A DNA stretch of 64,000 nt from a virus (lineage: Duplodnaviria; Caudoviricetes): positions 1 through 64,000 of the IMG/VR virus record IMGVR_UViG_3300037470_000126. One strand, given 5' to 3'. Shown here in pieces: positions 47,308 to 57,406 of the stretch (position 1 is the first letter of the stretch; every line of letters begins with the position of its first letter). Position numbers and translations under genes: made by a program. The notes under the pieces are model-generated. The model was not told where the DNA came from. It made no database searches and saw nothing but the letters and a program-made list of their open reading frames with translations.

Positions 47308-49037
47308 TGGCAATCGAGGATAAGGTGGTGGACGGCATGGTCGTTCCCACCTCGAAGGACTCAGGGGGTGAAACCCCAAACCAGTCAGCCGGCGTGCCTG
47401 AGCCGAAGGTCTGGGAAGACCTGGAAGAGGCTCTGGAAGATCTAGAAGCCGCCATTCCCGGCTACCAGAAGGCAGAGGAGTATTACGAGGGAACGGTCAA
47501 GGAGAAGTTCCTCAACAAGGCCGTACAGGCTCTCCTGACGGGCTCCGATACAGACTTCCGAGTCAACCTAGCTGGCCGTGTTGTTGACGCCGTACAGGAC
47601 CGTATGGAGGTCGCAGCGGTCACGGCGGAGCCTATCGACGACGACGAGGACGGCATCCCCGACTCGGAGCAGGACGATACCGACAACCAGACCGAGGACG
47701 CCACCGGCTTCGAGGGTGACGAACCCGAAGAAGAGGTCATGTCCGAGGAGGAGAAGCTCCTGGACGAGGCCATCTCCAAGATCTGGCGTGACAATGAAAT
47801 GGACATCGAGGCTCCCGAGGTCCACCAGAAGATGCTCACGTACGGGGACGCCTACCTGTTCGTGGGTCTCTCCGACGACGAGGAAGAAGAGGACAGGGTG
47901 GACCTGTTCTTCAACTCCCCGTTGAATGTCCGTATCCTGTACCAGGACGAGAACCCGCGGAAGAAGCGGCTGGCCATCAAGAAGTGGGAGGTGGGCCCGA
48001 AGAACAGTAAGAAGGTCCGCCTTAACCTGTACTACCCGGAGGGTACGTACAAGTTCATTTCCCAGGGTGCCGGCCGATCGTCCACGGGAACCTCCTCTGC
48101 CAACTTCGAGGTGTTCACGGACGACTCCACGGACGAGATGGGTTTCGTGGAGAACGAGACGGGAGAGATTCCGTTCTTCCACTTCCGCACCGCCCGGCCA
48201 TACGGTCGCCCTGAGCACAAGAAGGCTTTCGGTGCCCAGGACGCTCTGACCAAGCTGGTCACCAACATGATGTCCACCTCCGACTTTGCGGCCTTCCCGC
48301 AGAGGTGGGCACTCCAAGAAACTGGCACCACCACGGACGATGACCTCGACTGGGACGGCGGGGACTCCGACGTTTCGGACGAGAAGAACCCGTCCACGCT
48401 CCAGTCCCAGCTCATCTCGGGTCCTGGTCGCATCTGGCCGCTCCGCAACATGAAGGCAGTTGGTCAGTTCACCGCGGCCGACGTGGAACAGTTCCTCAAG
48501 CCCATTAACCTGTTCACGGGTCTAATGGCTGCGGTCACTGCCACGCCAGTCTCGTACTTCCTGGTCTCGCTCGGGGCAACTGCCACACCAGCCTCCGGCG
48601 AGTCGCAGCGGAAGGGCGAGAGCCCGTTCCTTTCCAAGGTCAATGCCCGGCAGCTCTCCGCCGAGGCCTCGTGGCAAGATGCTCTAGGCTATGGCCTGGG
48701 TCTGCTAAACCTGGAAGCCGAGGTTCGTGTCCGCTGGGCACCGTCTCAGGTCGTCTCTGGCGAGTCGGGATGGAAGGCCGTACAGGAACAGCAGAAGGCG
48801 GGCGTACCGGTCCGTCAGACGCTCCTGGAAGCCGGCTACACGGACGCCGAGGTTACGTCGTGGGGCTACACCGACGACAACCCGGATGGGCCCGGTATCG
48901 ACCTCTCAGGCATGGTCAACCCGCCTCCCGTTCCCGGTCAGGCGCCCCCCACCCAGCCGACGGCACCGGGAGCACCAATCCCGACCGAGGCCCCCGCTCC
49001 CCCGCCGGCTCAGACGCCCGCCCCCGTAGGAGCGTAA
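47307..49037 (+). CDS. Portal protein (SPP1 Gp6-like)
   Basis: Position after TerL; YYEG, N...VVDA, YGDAYL, PASGES motifs; Pro-rich tail. Confidence 0.9.
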   Translation: MAIEDKVVDGMVVPTSKDSGGETPNQSAGVPEPKVWEDLEEALEDLEAAIPGYQKAEEYYEGTVKEKFLNKAVQALLTGSDTDFRVNLAGRVVDAVQDRMEVAAVTAEPIDDDEDGIPDSEQDDTDNQTEDATGFEGDEPEEEVMSEEEKLLDEAISKIWRDNEMDIEAPEVHQKMLTYGDAYLFVGLSDDEEEEDRVDLFFNSPLNVRILYQDENPRKKRLAIKKWEVGPKNSKKVRLNLYYPEGTYKFISQGAGRSSTGTSSANFEVFTDDSTDEMGFVENETGEIPFFHFRTARPYGRPEHKKAFGAQDALTKLVTNMMSTSDFAAFPQRWALQETGTTTDDDLDWDGGDSDVSDEKNPSTLQSQLISGPGRIWPLRNMKAVGQFTAADVEQFLKPINLFTGLMAAVTATPVSYFLVSLGATATPASGESQRKGESPFLSKVNARQLSAEASWQDALGYGLGLLNLEAEVRVRWAPSQVVSGESGWKAVQEQQKAGVPVRQTLLEAGYTDAEVTSWGYTDDNPDGPGIDLSGMVNPPPVPGQAPPTQPTAPGAPIPTEAPAPPPAQTPAPVGA

Positions 49038-49040
49038 GCC

Positions 49041-49925
49041 ATGGCACTAGAGGATGAACTCATTGGCCAGGCTGCGGCTGATGCTCTGGTGAAGTGGGAA
49101 GAGCGCGCGTCGTCTGGTGTGGGAGATATCATTACTGACGCTGTAGCTCAGTTCGGTTACAGCGCACAAGCGCTCCTAACGTCCCAAATCAGCGTTACGG
49201 AGTTCATCGGTAGCACACTCGCTCAAGTCTTCAACGTCGGTACTGCCATCGCCGGAGGCGCCTTCCAGCTCATTACTGGACGCCGCCCAACCGTTCGGCG
49301 GAGGGGAATCAACGTGCGTGAGCTACCTCCCACACCAGCTATCACATACCCGCAGAGGGTGGAAGCCACGATCACCCAAGCGGTTGCGCTCATTGAGCAA
49401 CAGCCGGACCAGTCTCAGCGTATCGTGGAGCGTGCGCGAGATGACATGAAAGGCATTGCCGCATCGGAAGTCAATTCCACTGCGGCTCGTGCCTCGGAGA
49501 TTACTGCCCGGTCACTAGGTGCCCGCGGCGTGATCTGGGTTGCCGAGAGGGATGCCTGTGTGAACTGCACGGCTCTAGCCGGTCAGGTAGCCAGGCCCGG
49601 TCAGTCATTCGACGGTTCCCTAACATGGGGTGATAAGCCGCTGGCATGGACTGGGTTCAACGGTAGGCCACCTCGTCATCCCCACTGCCGTTGTCGACTC
49701 ATTCCATGGGACGGCGGACGAGAAACTCCAGATGCCATCAAACGTGAGGCGGAACGGTCTGTTGCTCGTGGCTGGTCTCTGCCCAGTGAGTCCAACGCGG
49801 CTCGTCTCCGTGCCCTTGACAGACTTCTCCGTCAAGGTACGGGCCTACCGCCTAGCGTAGTCAAGAGAGCGCGCGCCGCTCTTGCAGCCGGGAACTTCCC
49901 ACAGGGTAGAAACTTTCCCGGTTGA
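49041..49925 (+). CDS. MuF-like head morphogenesis / minor capsid protein
   Basis: W.AERDAC..C..L.G and PP.HPHCRC. Confidence 0.8.
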   Translation: MALEDELIGQAAADALVKWEERASSGVGDIITDAVAQFGYSAQALLTSQISVTEFIGSTLAQVFNVGTAIAGGAFQLITGRRPTVRRRGINVRELPPTPAITYPQRVEATITQAVALIEQQPDQSQRIVERARDDMKGIAASEVNSTAARASEITARSLGARGVIWVAERDACVNCTALAGQVARPGQSFDGSLTWGDKPLAWTGFNGRPPRHPHCRCRLIPWDGGRETPDAIKREAERSVARGWSLPSESNAARLRALDRLLRQGTGLPPSVVKRARAALAAGNFPQGRNFPG

Positions 49926-49958
49926 TCGTGTATAGTTCCATCAACAGGTAAGGAGGTA

Positions 49959-50180
49959 GTGGTGGCCACCACTCCTGGTAAGGGCGGAACGACTCCGGGC
50001 GGGTCATTCCGGATCAACAATGAGGCGGATCTCCGGAAGGCCATCTCCGCGGCCGGCTCGGTAGCTGGCAGTGAAGAGGAGAAGCGGCGCGTCCGTCGTC
50101 TCGTCATGCGCAAGGCCAAGGCGATGGGGAAGGCCAACATGATCCCCAGCGGCTGGGCAGCCGACGGCTCCACCAAGTAG
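49959..50180 (+). CDS. Small conserved head-region protein
   Basis: AAGGAGGT RBS; RINNEADLRKAI...RKAKAMG...IPSGW. Confidence 0.75.
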   Translation: MVATTPGKGGTTPGGSFRINNEADLRKAISAAGSVAGSEEEKRRVRRLVMRKAKAMGKANMIPSGWAADGSTK

Positions 50181-50248
50181 TACCACACCCAGCGGTGCGA
50201 GGCTCTGGCGGATACCAACCTCGCCCGCCCGATTGAGAGAGAGGGCCC

Positions 50249-50968
50249 ATGCCCAAGGAGAACGACGAGACCAAGCCCGAGGGCACCGAGGCGGAGACCG
50301 AGGAAGAGGAGGACACCGAAGCGGAGCGACTTCTCGCGGCAGCCGTCAAGAACAAGGGCAAGGGCGGCAAGCCCTCGGACGACGACGACACGGAAGATGA
50401 GGACGAGGCCGAAGCGGAAGCCGGCGCGAACGACACCGTTCCGCGGGCGGAACTCCTCAAGGCCATCAAGTCTCGTCAGGCGGCCAAGAAGCGGATCCGC
50501 GAGATGGAAACGGCCATCGCTGCGGAGAAGGCCAAGAACGAGACGGAGTCTGAGAAGGCTGTCCGCGAGGCTCAGGAGAAGACCCTCAAGGCCGCCACGG
50601 ACAAGTACAAGCCGGCTCTGGTCAAGGCCGGTGCGACGGCTGCACTTCTCGCGGCTGGGCCCAAGAAGGGCAAGGACGGCGTCCCGCGTCTCCTCAAGCT
50701 CATGGACCTGGACGCCATCGACCTCACCGACGACAACGACCTGGAGGGTGTGGAAGAGGAGGTCATGCGCCTCCAGGAGGAGTACCCCGAGCTATTCAAC
50801 GACGGGTCCGAGTCGGTCAAGGGGGATGACGACGAGGAGGACGAGGAGAAGCCGAAGCCTCGCCGGCGTACCACCTCCAAGTCCCAGGACGGCGCCGGCA
50901 AGAAGCCTGCCCCCAAGAAGCTCTCCACGTCGGAGCTCATCCTCAAGAAGATGAGGGGCGAAGCATAA
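50249..50968 (+). CDS. Capsid scaffolding protein
   Basis: Charged, helical, immediately upstream of the capsid gene. Confidence 0.8.
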   Translation: MPKENDETKPEGTEAETEEEEDTEAERLLAAAVKNKGKGGKPSDDDDTEDEDEAEAEAGANDTVPRAELLKAIKSRQAAKKRIREMETAIAAEKAKNETESEKAVREAQEKTLKAATDKYKPALVKAGATAALLAAGPKKGKDGVPRLLKLMDLDAIDLTDDNDLEGVEEEVMRLQEEYPELFNDGSESVKGDDDEEDEEKPKPRRRTTSKSQDGAGKKPAPKKLSTSELILKKMRGEA

Positions 50969-51018
50969 CGATTTGGTAACGGAATAGTGCCTGCCGCTTG
51001 ACAAAAGCCGCCCCGCCC

Positions 51019-51048
51019 TTGACACGTTCAAGGAATTTCCGTTACCGT
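51019..51048 (+). promoter_or_regulatory. Promoter of the major capsid gene
   Basis: TTGACA-N18-TACCGT, then a structured leader of about 140 nt. Confidence 0.6.
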
Positions 51049-51194
51049 TGTGGCAATTGTAAGACCCATAGCCCTCTGGATAGAGGGTGGCGAAACGTCG
51101 GAAGACGAGACACCACCCCTTTTCACGAGGGCTTTGTGGTATCTCGGCCTCCTTCTTTCGTGATCATCTCTTACCCTGAAGGAGGGTTGACATC

Positions 51195-52121
51195 ATGGCA
51201 CGTAATACCTTTGAGGACTGGATCCCCGAAGAGTGGGACTCCAAGGTCATCATGCGGGTCAATCAGGTCTCGGTCATCGAGTCTGAGGCCACTCCGTATC
51301 CGATGAGCACCGACACCCGTCACATCCCCCGGTCCGCCGGCGTGGACGTCAACGGCGTCTCCAAGGGCTCCGCGTACGGCGAGGACCAGTCTGAGAACGA
51401 CGATGTCCTCCTCACCGCCAAGAAGGCCGGCCGTGCCATCCGCATCGCCGACGAGGACCTCCAGGACTCCAACGTCGCGATCCTGGAGCAGAAGCGCGTG
51501 GACTGGGCCACTTCGTGGGCCAAGTACATCGACAATGCCGCGCTCGCCGTCACCGCTGCGGAGTCGGGCGTCACCGTCCCCTACAAGTCCGTCTACAAGG
51601 CGATCCGCACGACCAACGCGGACACGGACTACACCGCGGATGACAACTACGTGGCCACGGCCACCGGTTCCGCGCTGACCTACAACGATCTGTCCTCGGT
51701 CCTGGGCAAGGTCGAAGGCGGCGACTACTGGGACGAGGGCCTGACCCTGGTCATCGCGCACCCGTCGCTCCGGGAGCGGATCCGGAACATCAAGGACGAC
51801 GACGGCATGCCGATCTTCGTTCGCGGCCAGGGCGGTGACAGCGGCACGCCGGACACGCTGTTCGGTCACCGGATCCGCTGGAGCCTCGGCGCCAAGACCT
51901 CTGCGACCGCCGTCCACAACCCGACCGGCAACCCGCTGCTGATCGTCGCGAACCGTGAGTTCCTGGCCATCGGCAAGCGCTCCGGTCCGGAGTCCCGCGT
52001 CGCCGGTCCCGACTCGGGTGCCGCGTTCCTCACGGATGAGGCTCTGCTCAAGATGCGTGCCCGTCGCGCGTTCGCTCTCACCCACGAGAAGGCCGCGGCC
52101 GTCCTGGAGGTTGTGGCGTAA
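51195..52121 (+). CDS. Major capsid protein (HK97 fold)
   Basis: WIPEEW N-terminus; AH..LRERIRNIKDDDG.PIF; LFG; strong GC3 codon bias. Confidence 0.9.
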   Translation: MARNTFEDWIPEEWDSKVIMRVNQVSVIESEATPYPMSTDTRHIPRSAGVDVNGVSKGSAYGEDQSENDDVLLTAKKAGRAIRIADEDLQDSNVAILEQKRVDWATSWAKYIDNAALAVTAAESGVTVPYKSVYKAIRTTNADTDYTADDNYVATATGSALTYNDLSSVLGKVEGGDYWDEGLTLVIAHPSLRERIRNIKDDDGMPIFVRGQGGDSGTPDTLFGHRIRWSLGAKTSATAVHNPTGNPLLIVANREFLAIGKRSGPESRVAGPDSGAAFLTDEALLKMRARRAFALTHEKAAAVLEVVA

Positions 52122-52164
52122 CTGCCACACCCACCGGACTAACGTCTGAGAGGAGGTGAACAGT

Positions 52165-52653
52165 ATGGCGAAGGAAGACGAGAAGGTTACCTGTGCCGAG
52201 TGCGGCTACCCGGTAGGCACGAAGGAAGACGGTACCAAGCTCAAGGTCCACAAGGTCGAAGGAGTTCGATGCGACGGATCGGACAGTGAGGTTCTGTACG
52301 ACGACGCGCAGACCGGGGGAATCGACAAGGGACAGTCCTACGAGACGCTGGAGAGCGCTCAGGACGACGAACAGGGACCGAACGACTCTACCGACCCGGT
52401 CACGCCGACGGAGCCCGAGACGGGCACACAGGGCGTTGCCAAGTCGGCCACCGCCTCGTTCACCCACACCATCACTGTTCGTAAGCCGTGTCCCTACCTG
52501 GGAGACCAGGCGTGGCACGTCGAGAACGGCAAGATGGTGTACCGCCTCGCGATGAAGGCCGGGCATGTCCCGACCACCGGCGAGGCCAAGCACACCGGCA
52601 CAACTGAGACGGACCGTCACGTTCTCGTGACGTACACCGTCCCCGTGAAGTAG
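52165..52653 (+). CDS. Hypothetical protein (N-terminal Zn ribbon)
   Basis: GAGGAGGT RBS; CAEC...H...C. Confidence 0.75.
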   Translation: MAKEDEKVTCAECGYPVGTKEDGTKLKVHKVEGVRCDGSDSEVLYDDAQTGGIDKGQSYETLESAQDDEQGPNDSTDPVTPTEPETGTQGVAKSATASFTHTITVRKPCPYLGDQAWHVENGKMVYRLAMKAGHVPTTGEAKHTGTTETDRHVLVTYTVPVK

Positions 52654-52667
52654 AGGGAGGAGGAGTC

Positions 52668-53828
52668 ATGGCAGCAACCGGATACACTACCGGCGACCCG
52701 AACAAGGTCAGTCGTTCAGGCGACACCATGACCGGCGAGCTGGTTTTGCCTGACTCCTCCCCCGATGCTGCACTATCGGCCGCGTCCCGTGGATACGTGG
52801 ACAACGAGGTCAACGCCCTATCTGGTACCTACGTGGACACGTCGGGTGACACCATGACGGGCGACCTTCGAATCCAGTATGGTCTGGTGAACACCCTACT
52901 TGGTCATGACATGTCTGTGGTGGCATCCACGGGCATTATGTACCAGGAGGGCCCGCTTTCTCTAGCTACTTCCACTTCCGTGACCGTGCCGGCGGGCATC
53001 GCCACATTCGTGGGACCACATCATGTTCACGACGATCCGCGGATCGGTTCTGTTGCCTACGGGCCGGAGACGGTCACCATCACGGACTTGACCGACCCCC
53101 TGACGTACCTACTGGTGGATTCCACGGGTGCGATCATCCAGAATGCCGGCGTACCGACTCGTGCCCAGCGCCGAGAGTTCGCCGTCCTGGGACGGGTCGT
53201 GGTTCTGTCAAACGTCATCGTGAGTGTGCAGGATAGCCCGATCCTGGCCTCACAGCCGCTGGCAACGACCCTCGACATCCTGAACGCCATGGGTGACATC
53301 AGGTTGAGTGGCGTCCGGCTAACCCCCGTCGGCGGAAACCTTGAGTTCAACGTGTCCGAGGGTCAGATCTTCAACCTGGGCGCGAACAACTCGGTAGACC
53401 CCGACGACCCGAACGTCTCCACGTTCACCGCCCAGACTCCTGGGTCATTCCGCTACGTGTCCCAGAACTCGATCATCAGTGCCACACCTCGCACGACGAT
53501 TGATCCCACGATCTATGATGTGGGTGGCGTCTCGACCGCTGTACCCGGCGGAGCCGGTACCTCAACGATCCAGCGCGTCCACTGCTTCCCCACCCAGAAC
53601 ACCTTTATTCAGCTTGGCCAGAACACGTTCTCCAGTCTCCAAGCCGCGCTGGATTCACTTACCCTTGGAGAGTCGGGAGCCATGCCCTTCGTGACTCACC
53701 CCGATCTAGTGGGGGGCGGAGTGCGAACCGGGTTCATCGTGGTCACTCGTACCGCCACTGATCTAGCCGACACCGTCAATGCCCGGGTGCTCCGCGCCAC
53801 TCGACTCGGTGACCCAGGAGGCCTGTGA
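52668..53828 (+). CDS. Virion fibre/decoration-like protein
   Basis: Two GDTMTG repeats typical of fibre N-termini; Ser/Thr-rich beta structure. Confidence 0.6.
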   Translation: MAATGYTTGDPNKVSRSGDTMTGELVLPDSSPDAALSAASRGYVDNEVNALSGTYVDTSGDTMTGDLRIQYGLVNTLLGHDMSVVASTGIMYQEGPLSLATSTSVTVPAGIATFVGPHHVHDDPRIGSVAYGPETVTITDLTDPLTYLLVDSTGAIIQNAGVPTRAQRREFAVLGRVVVLSNVIVSVQDSPILASQPLATTLDILNAMGDIRLSGVRLTPVGGNLEFNVSEGQIFNLGANNSVDPDDPNVSTFTAQTPGSFRYVSQNSIISATPRTTIDPTIYDVGGVSTAVPGGAGTSTIQRVHCFPTQNTFIQLGQNTFSSLQAALDSLTLGESGAMPFVTHPDLVGGGVRTGFIVVTRTATDLADTVNARVLRATRLGDPGGL

Positions 53829-54595
53829 TGACCAGTGTTGCACAGGGTAGCGAGATCACCCTCATCTCCCAGTGGTTCGAGTACGGCGGGGGCCCCGCTG
53901 TTGACCTCGTCACAGGCCCGACCATCAACATCATCCGGCTGTCGGACAACGACAACACGGTACCCGAGACGACGGCGGGAATCAGCCACCCGTCCGTCGG
54001 AGTCTACACCTTCAACTGGACGCCTGCGGCGGATGCCGAGCTGGGCAACTATCTGGTGGTGTGGGAAGGGACCGACGCCGACTCCGAGACTGTCACGGCC
54101 AACGAGGTCGTAGAGGTCACGGTCACAGCCGCTCTTGCCGGCACGTGGGCTACTCCCGCCGAGGCGTCCAGCATCACCGGGCAGTCTCTCACCCAGGCTC
54201 AGTTGAACGTGGCCTACCACGTGATCGAGATCTTCGTGGGCGCGATCATCAACAGCCGGGCGAATCTGACCAACCGAGACTTGCGCGGGCTCAAGAAGGC
54301 TGAGTCCTACCAGGCCGCGTGGATGGCAGCACAGATCGACCTCACTGGCCGATCGGATGCCACGCTGGTTGCCCAAGACGGCTTGCAGTACAGCAAGGGT
54401 GACCCGGACATGCACATCCTGGGTCCGCTCGCTAAGGCTGCGATCATGCGGTTGTCGTGGATGCGAACCCGCACAATTGACCCGCTCACGCCGGCACAGG
54501 CTCTCGTCCTTCGGAACAAGGTTACCGCAGAGACCTACGGCTTGGATGACCGGGAGGACCTGGATGATCTCGGCGGCGACTGGGAACCGCTATGA
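53825..54595 (+). CDS. Head-to-tail adaptor with an N-terminal Ig-like domain
   Basis: VGVYTFNW..A...GNYLVVW (Ig-like), then WAT..E..KAESYQAAW; gene order. Confidence 0.65.
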   Translation: MMTSVAQGSEITLISQWFEYGGGPAVDLVTGPTINIIRLSDNDNTVPETTAGISHPSVGVYTFNWTPAADAELGNYLVVWEGTDADSETVTANEVVEVTVTAALAGTWATPAEASSITGQSLTQAQLNVAYHVIEIFVGAIINSRANLTNRDLRGLKKAESYQAAWMAAQIDLTGRSDATLVAQDGLQYSKGDPDMHILGPLAKAAIMRLSWMRTRTIDPLTPAQALVLRNKVTAETYGLDDREDLDDLGGDWEPL

Positions 54596-54954
54596 GTACC
54601 TCCGCGAACTTCCGGCCAACCACCCTCGTAACCGTATTGCGCACGTCTCCCAGTAACAATACGGATGAGTTCGGGGACCCTGAGGACAACGAAACTGAGT
54701 CCTCGACGGGAAACCCCTTCTCCATCATCATGCAGTCCAAGCGGGTGTTTGTTCCCGCTGAGAATCGCACCACCATCGTCCAAACGATCGCCGGACGATG
54801 CCGAGCCAACGTGGACGTAAAGGAAACGGACCGGCTCAAGGATGAGCGCACAGGCTACCTCTACATGATCGAATCCATCGTGGAACCACAGGATCCGATC
54901 GGCGCGGCGGCCAAGAGTTTCCTCCTCAAGAGGGTCCAGACTAACAATCTCTAG
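54592..54954 (+). CDS. Head-tail stopper/joining protein
   Basis: DEFGDP...DRLKD; size and gene order. Confidence 0.7.
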   Translation: MSTSANFRPTTLVTVLRTSPSNNTDEFGDPEDNETESSTGNPFSIIMQSKRVFVPAENRTTIVQTIAGRCRANVDVKETDRLKDERTGYLYMIESIVEPQDPIGAAAKSFLLKRVQTNNL

Positions 54955-54977
54955 CCAACGTAAAGGAGGCTGAGGGC

Positions 54978-55367
54978 ATGACCACTGTTGTGGCCCACAT
55001 CGAAGTACGGATGGCATCCGGGTTCCACCAGAACCTAGAAGAAGCTGTCCAGCCTGCCTTGATCCAGGTGGCCAAAGAGGTTGAGGAAGACATCAAGCGG
55101 AACGCCCCCGTTGACACGGGAGAGCTGGTCCGTTCTGTCCGGAGACGTGGTACTGTAATTACCATCTCCGCTCCCTACTGGCACTTTGTGGAGTATGGCA
55201 CCCGGCCGCACATCATCCGGCCTCGTCGGAGGCAGGCACTATGGTGGCCAGACGCTCACCACCCGGTCCGACAGGTTTACCACCCCGGCACCCAGGCTCA
55301 GCCGTTCATCCGCCCCGCGGCGCTCCGCCAACGGCGCCTCCGGCCTGGCATCTCAGTGGGGGTGTGA
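54978..55367 (+). CDS. HK97 gp10-like neck protein
   Basis: APVDTGEL; Y..FVEYGT; HPGT.AQPFIRPA. Confidence 0.85.
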   Translation: MTTVVAHIEVRMASGFHQNLEEAVQPALIQVAKEVEEDIKRNAPVDTGELVRSVRRRGTVITISAPYWHFVEYGTRPHIIRPRRRQALWWPDAHHPVRQVYHPGTQAQPFIRPAALRQRRLRPGISVGV

Positions 55368-55369
55368 AC

Positions 55370-55816
55370 GTGGCTTTTCTTCCGACCAATGAGCTGGTGG
55401 GAATCCACTGGATCAAGTCCATCACAGGTATCCCGACCAACTCTGTGGGCACCACGCTACCCGCGGACAACAGCACGTGGGAAGCCTCAGGCTTCATCCA
55501 GGTGCAACTGGCTTCGGGTAACCCTGACCTCTACACCCCCCAGAACCAGCCTGTCTTCCAGGTCGACTGTTGGGCCGCCAAGCCTAACTCCCAAAAGCCG
55601 CCGTGGGGTAAGGCCAACAACCTGGCTGAGATCATCAAGGCAGCCACCTACGATAAGACCTACTGGGGGTCCCTGGCTCTGCCGGCGACACACGACGATG
55701 CCCGCGTCCTCGGTTCGGTGGCAGTAACAGAACCGCGACGAGTCCTAGGAGATGAAGCACGGTTCGCCAATTACACATTTGATCTCCAACTGTTCTGGGT
55801 GAGGAAACTACCATGA
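55370..55816 (+). CDS. Tail terminator
   Basis: FQVDCWA motif; gene order before the major tail gene. Confidence 0.7.
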   Translation: MAFLPTNELVGIHWIKSITGIPTNSVGTTLPADNSTWEASGFIQVQLASGNPDLYTPQNQPVFQVDCWAAKPNSQKPPWGKANNLAEIIKAATYDKTYWGSLALPATHDDARVLGSVAVTEPRRVLGDEARFANYTFDLQLFWVRKLP

Positions 55817-56073
55817 TGACCGTCATAAACCAGGAAGCTGTCAAGCTGCCCACCGGGCAACTGTACGGACTCTGGGGCGAGAAGTCGGGACAGTTCCTCA
55901 CACAGGGAGGCCGGGTAATCTTCCACACCAACCGTGCGGAGCTTGAGTTCCTGTTCCCGGGAACCCGAGTGAAGCCCGTGGACGTGAGCCCGTTGGAGGG
56001 AATCCCGCTCCAGTACATGCGCGGGATGGAAGCCGTTCGATTTCCACTGGACAGGAGTGAGTTCCGTGCCTGA
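55813..56073 (+). CDS. Hypothetical protein
   Basis: ATGA-coupled; 86 aa. Confidence 0.65.
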   Translation: MMTVINQEAVKLPTGQLYGLWGEKSGQFLTQGGRVIFHTNRAELEFLFPGTRVKPVDVSPLEGIPLQYMRGMEAVRFPLDRSEFRA

Positions 56074-56290
56074 CATCCGAACTACATTCCAGCCGGGTAC
56101 CGTGCGAACGGTATCCGACTCGGAATTCCTCGACCTCAAGCGCCAGGGCCTGATCAAGGAGGTAGTGCCTCCGCCCGCCCCGGTGGCCCCGGCTCCCAAG
56201 CCGACGGCCAAAACGAGGCCGACCCCCACGCCAAAGGTCTTCCGGACCTCCACGACCACGAGCAACACCGACGGCGACTCCTCCGAGTAG
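56066..56290 (+). CDS. Hypothetical protein, Pro/Thr-rich tail
   Basis: AGGAG RBS then GTG. Confidence 0.6.
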   Translation: MPDIRTTFQPGTVRTVSDSEFLDLKRQGLIKEVVPPPAPVAPAPKPTAKTRPTPTPKVFRTSTTTSNTDGDSSE

Positions 56291-56313
56291 CCTGAGCCAG
56301 AAGGGAGAGCACC

Positions 56314-56889
56314 ATGGCCGTAACCGTAACCAACCTTACCCTTGGCCCGGGTGAACTGTTCAAGGGAGACGTTGGCGCCACCGAGCCCGACGACACGGAC
56401 GTTTCCAACGAGATCTCCAACACCTCGGTCTCCGGCGACTGGGACGACCTGGGGGGTACCCAGGGCGGTATCACCCTGGAGCTGAACCAGGAGTACACGG
56501 AGCTGGAAGTCGACCAGGTCGTGGACATCCCCGGCCGCCGGCTCACCAAGCGTGAGTTCAAGATCAACACCAACCTGGCGGAGCCTACGCTGGAGAACTA
56601 CCAGCTAGCCTCCAACGGCGGTGAGATCACGACCGGCTCCGGCTTCCGTACCTACGAGCCGTCCATGGACAACTCGGGAGAGACTCCGGAGTTCGCGGCT
56701 CTGATCTTCGACGGCTTCGGCCCGAACAGCCTCAAGCGCCGCGTGATCGCCCGGAAGGTGCTGAACGTCGCCACCGTCGGCCAGGAGTACATGAAGGACT
56801 CCCAGCTCCTGTTCCCCGTCGAGTTCTCGTGCCACTACATCTCCGCGGCCACGCGCCCGTTCCGGTACGTGGACGAGGTCGCCGCCTGA
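56314..56889 (+). CDS. Major tail protein
   Basis: LGGTQGGITL, L.E.TLEN; strong codon bias; precedes the chaperone and tape measure genes. Confidence 0.85.
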   Translation: MAVTVTNLTLGPGELFKGDVGATEPDDTDVSNEISNTSVSGDWDDLGGTQGGITLELNQEYTELEVDQVVDIPGRRLTKREFKINTNLAEPTLENYQLASNGGEITTGSGFRTYEPSMDNSGETPEFAALIFDGFGPNSLKRRVIARKVLNVATVGQEYMKDSQLLFPVEFSCHYISAATRPFRYVDEVAA

Positions 56890-57025
56890 CATCTGCGCCA
56901 GCTTCGGCTGGTGTGGAACGTAAGATCTCTCGGGGCCTCGTGCCTCACTCCCGTGTGCCGGGGCCCCGAGTTGTACCACACCCAACGTTCGCCCGTAAAC
57001 GGCGACCGCTTCTAGGAGAAACGCC

Positions 57026-57406
57026 ATGTCTGTAGAAGACGAGTTCGAGGGCTACGACATCATCCAGCTTCCGTCCACCGAGACGGTGGAAGGTGCCGAG
57101 GTCGAGGTTCCCATGGAGCCTCTGTTCGAGTTGAACGATGAGGTCTACCTCATCCCCAAGAAGCCCTCAGCCGGCATGGCGCTCGGCTACCTGGAGCGGC
57201 AGACCGAGGTCGGTCCCGACGCGGCCATCCACTGGATGATGCTGGAGATGCTCGGCGAGGAGGGTTACGACGCCCTCAAGAACCACCCCACCCTAGAGCG
57301 GGAGACCCTGGACCAGATCATCGGCAAGGTCGAGAAGAAGGTCCTGGGGGGCATGGAGGGAAAGCGCCCTTCTGGCAAGAGCCGTCGCCGCGTCTCCAGG
57401 AAGTAG
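57026..57406 (+). CDS. Tail assembly chaperone (G)
   Basis: Lies between the major tail and tape measure genes; has a slippery site near its 3' end. Confidence 0.8.
   Translation: MSVEDEFEGYDIIQLPSTETVEGAEVEVPMEPLFELNDEVYLIPKKPSAGMALGYLERQTEVGPDAAIHWMMLEMLGEEGYDALKNHPTLERETLDQIIGKVEKKVLGGMEGKRPSGKSRRRVSRK
57358..57364 (+). other. -1 ribosomal frameshift site
   Basis: G GGA AAG heptamer in frame; the -1 frame is open to 57726. Confidence 0.8.
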
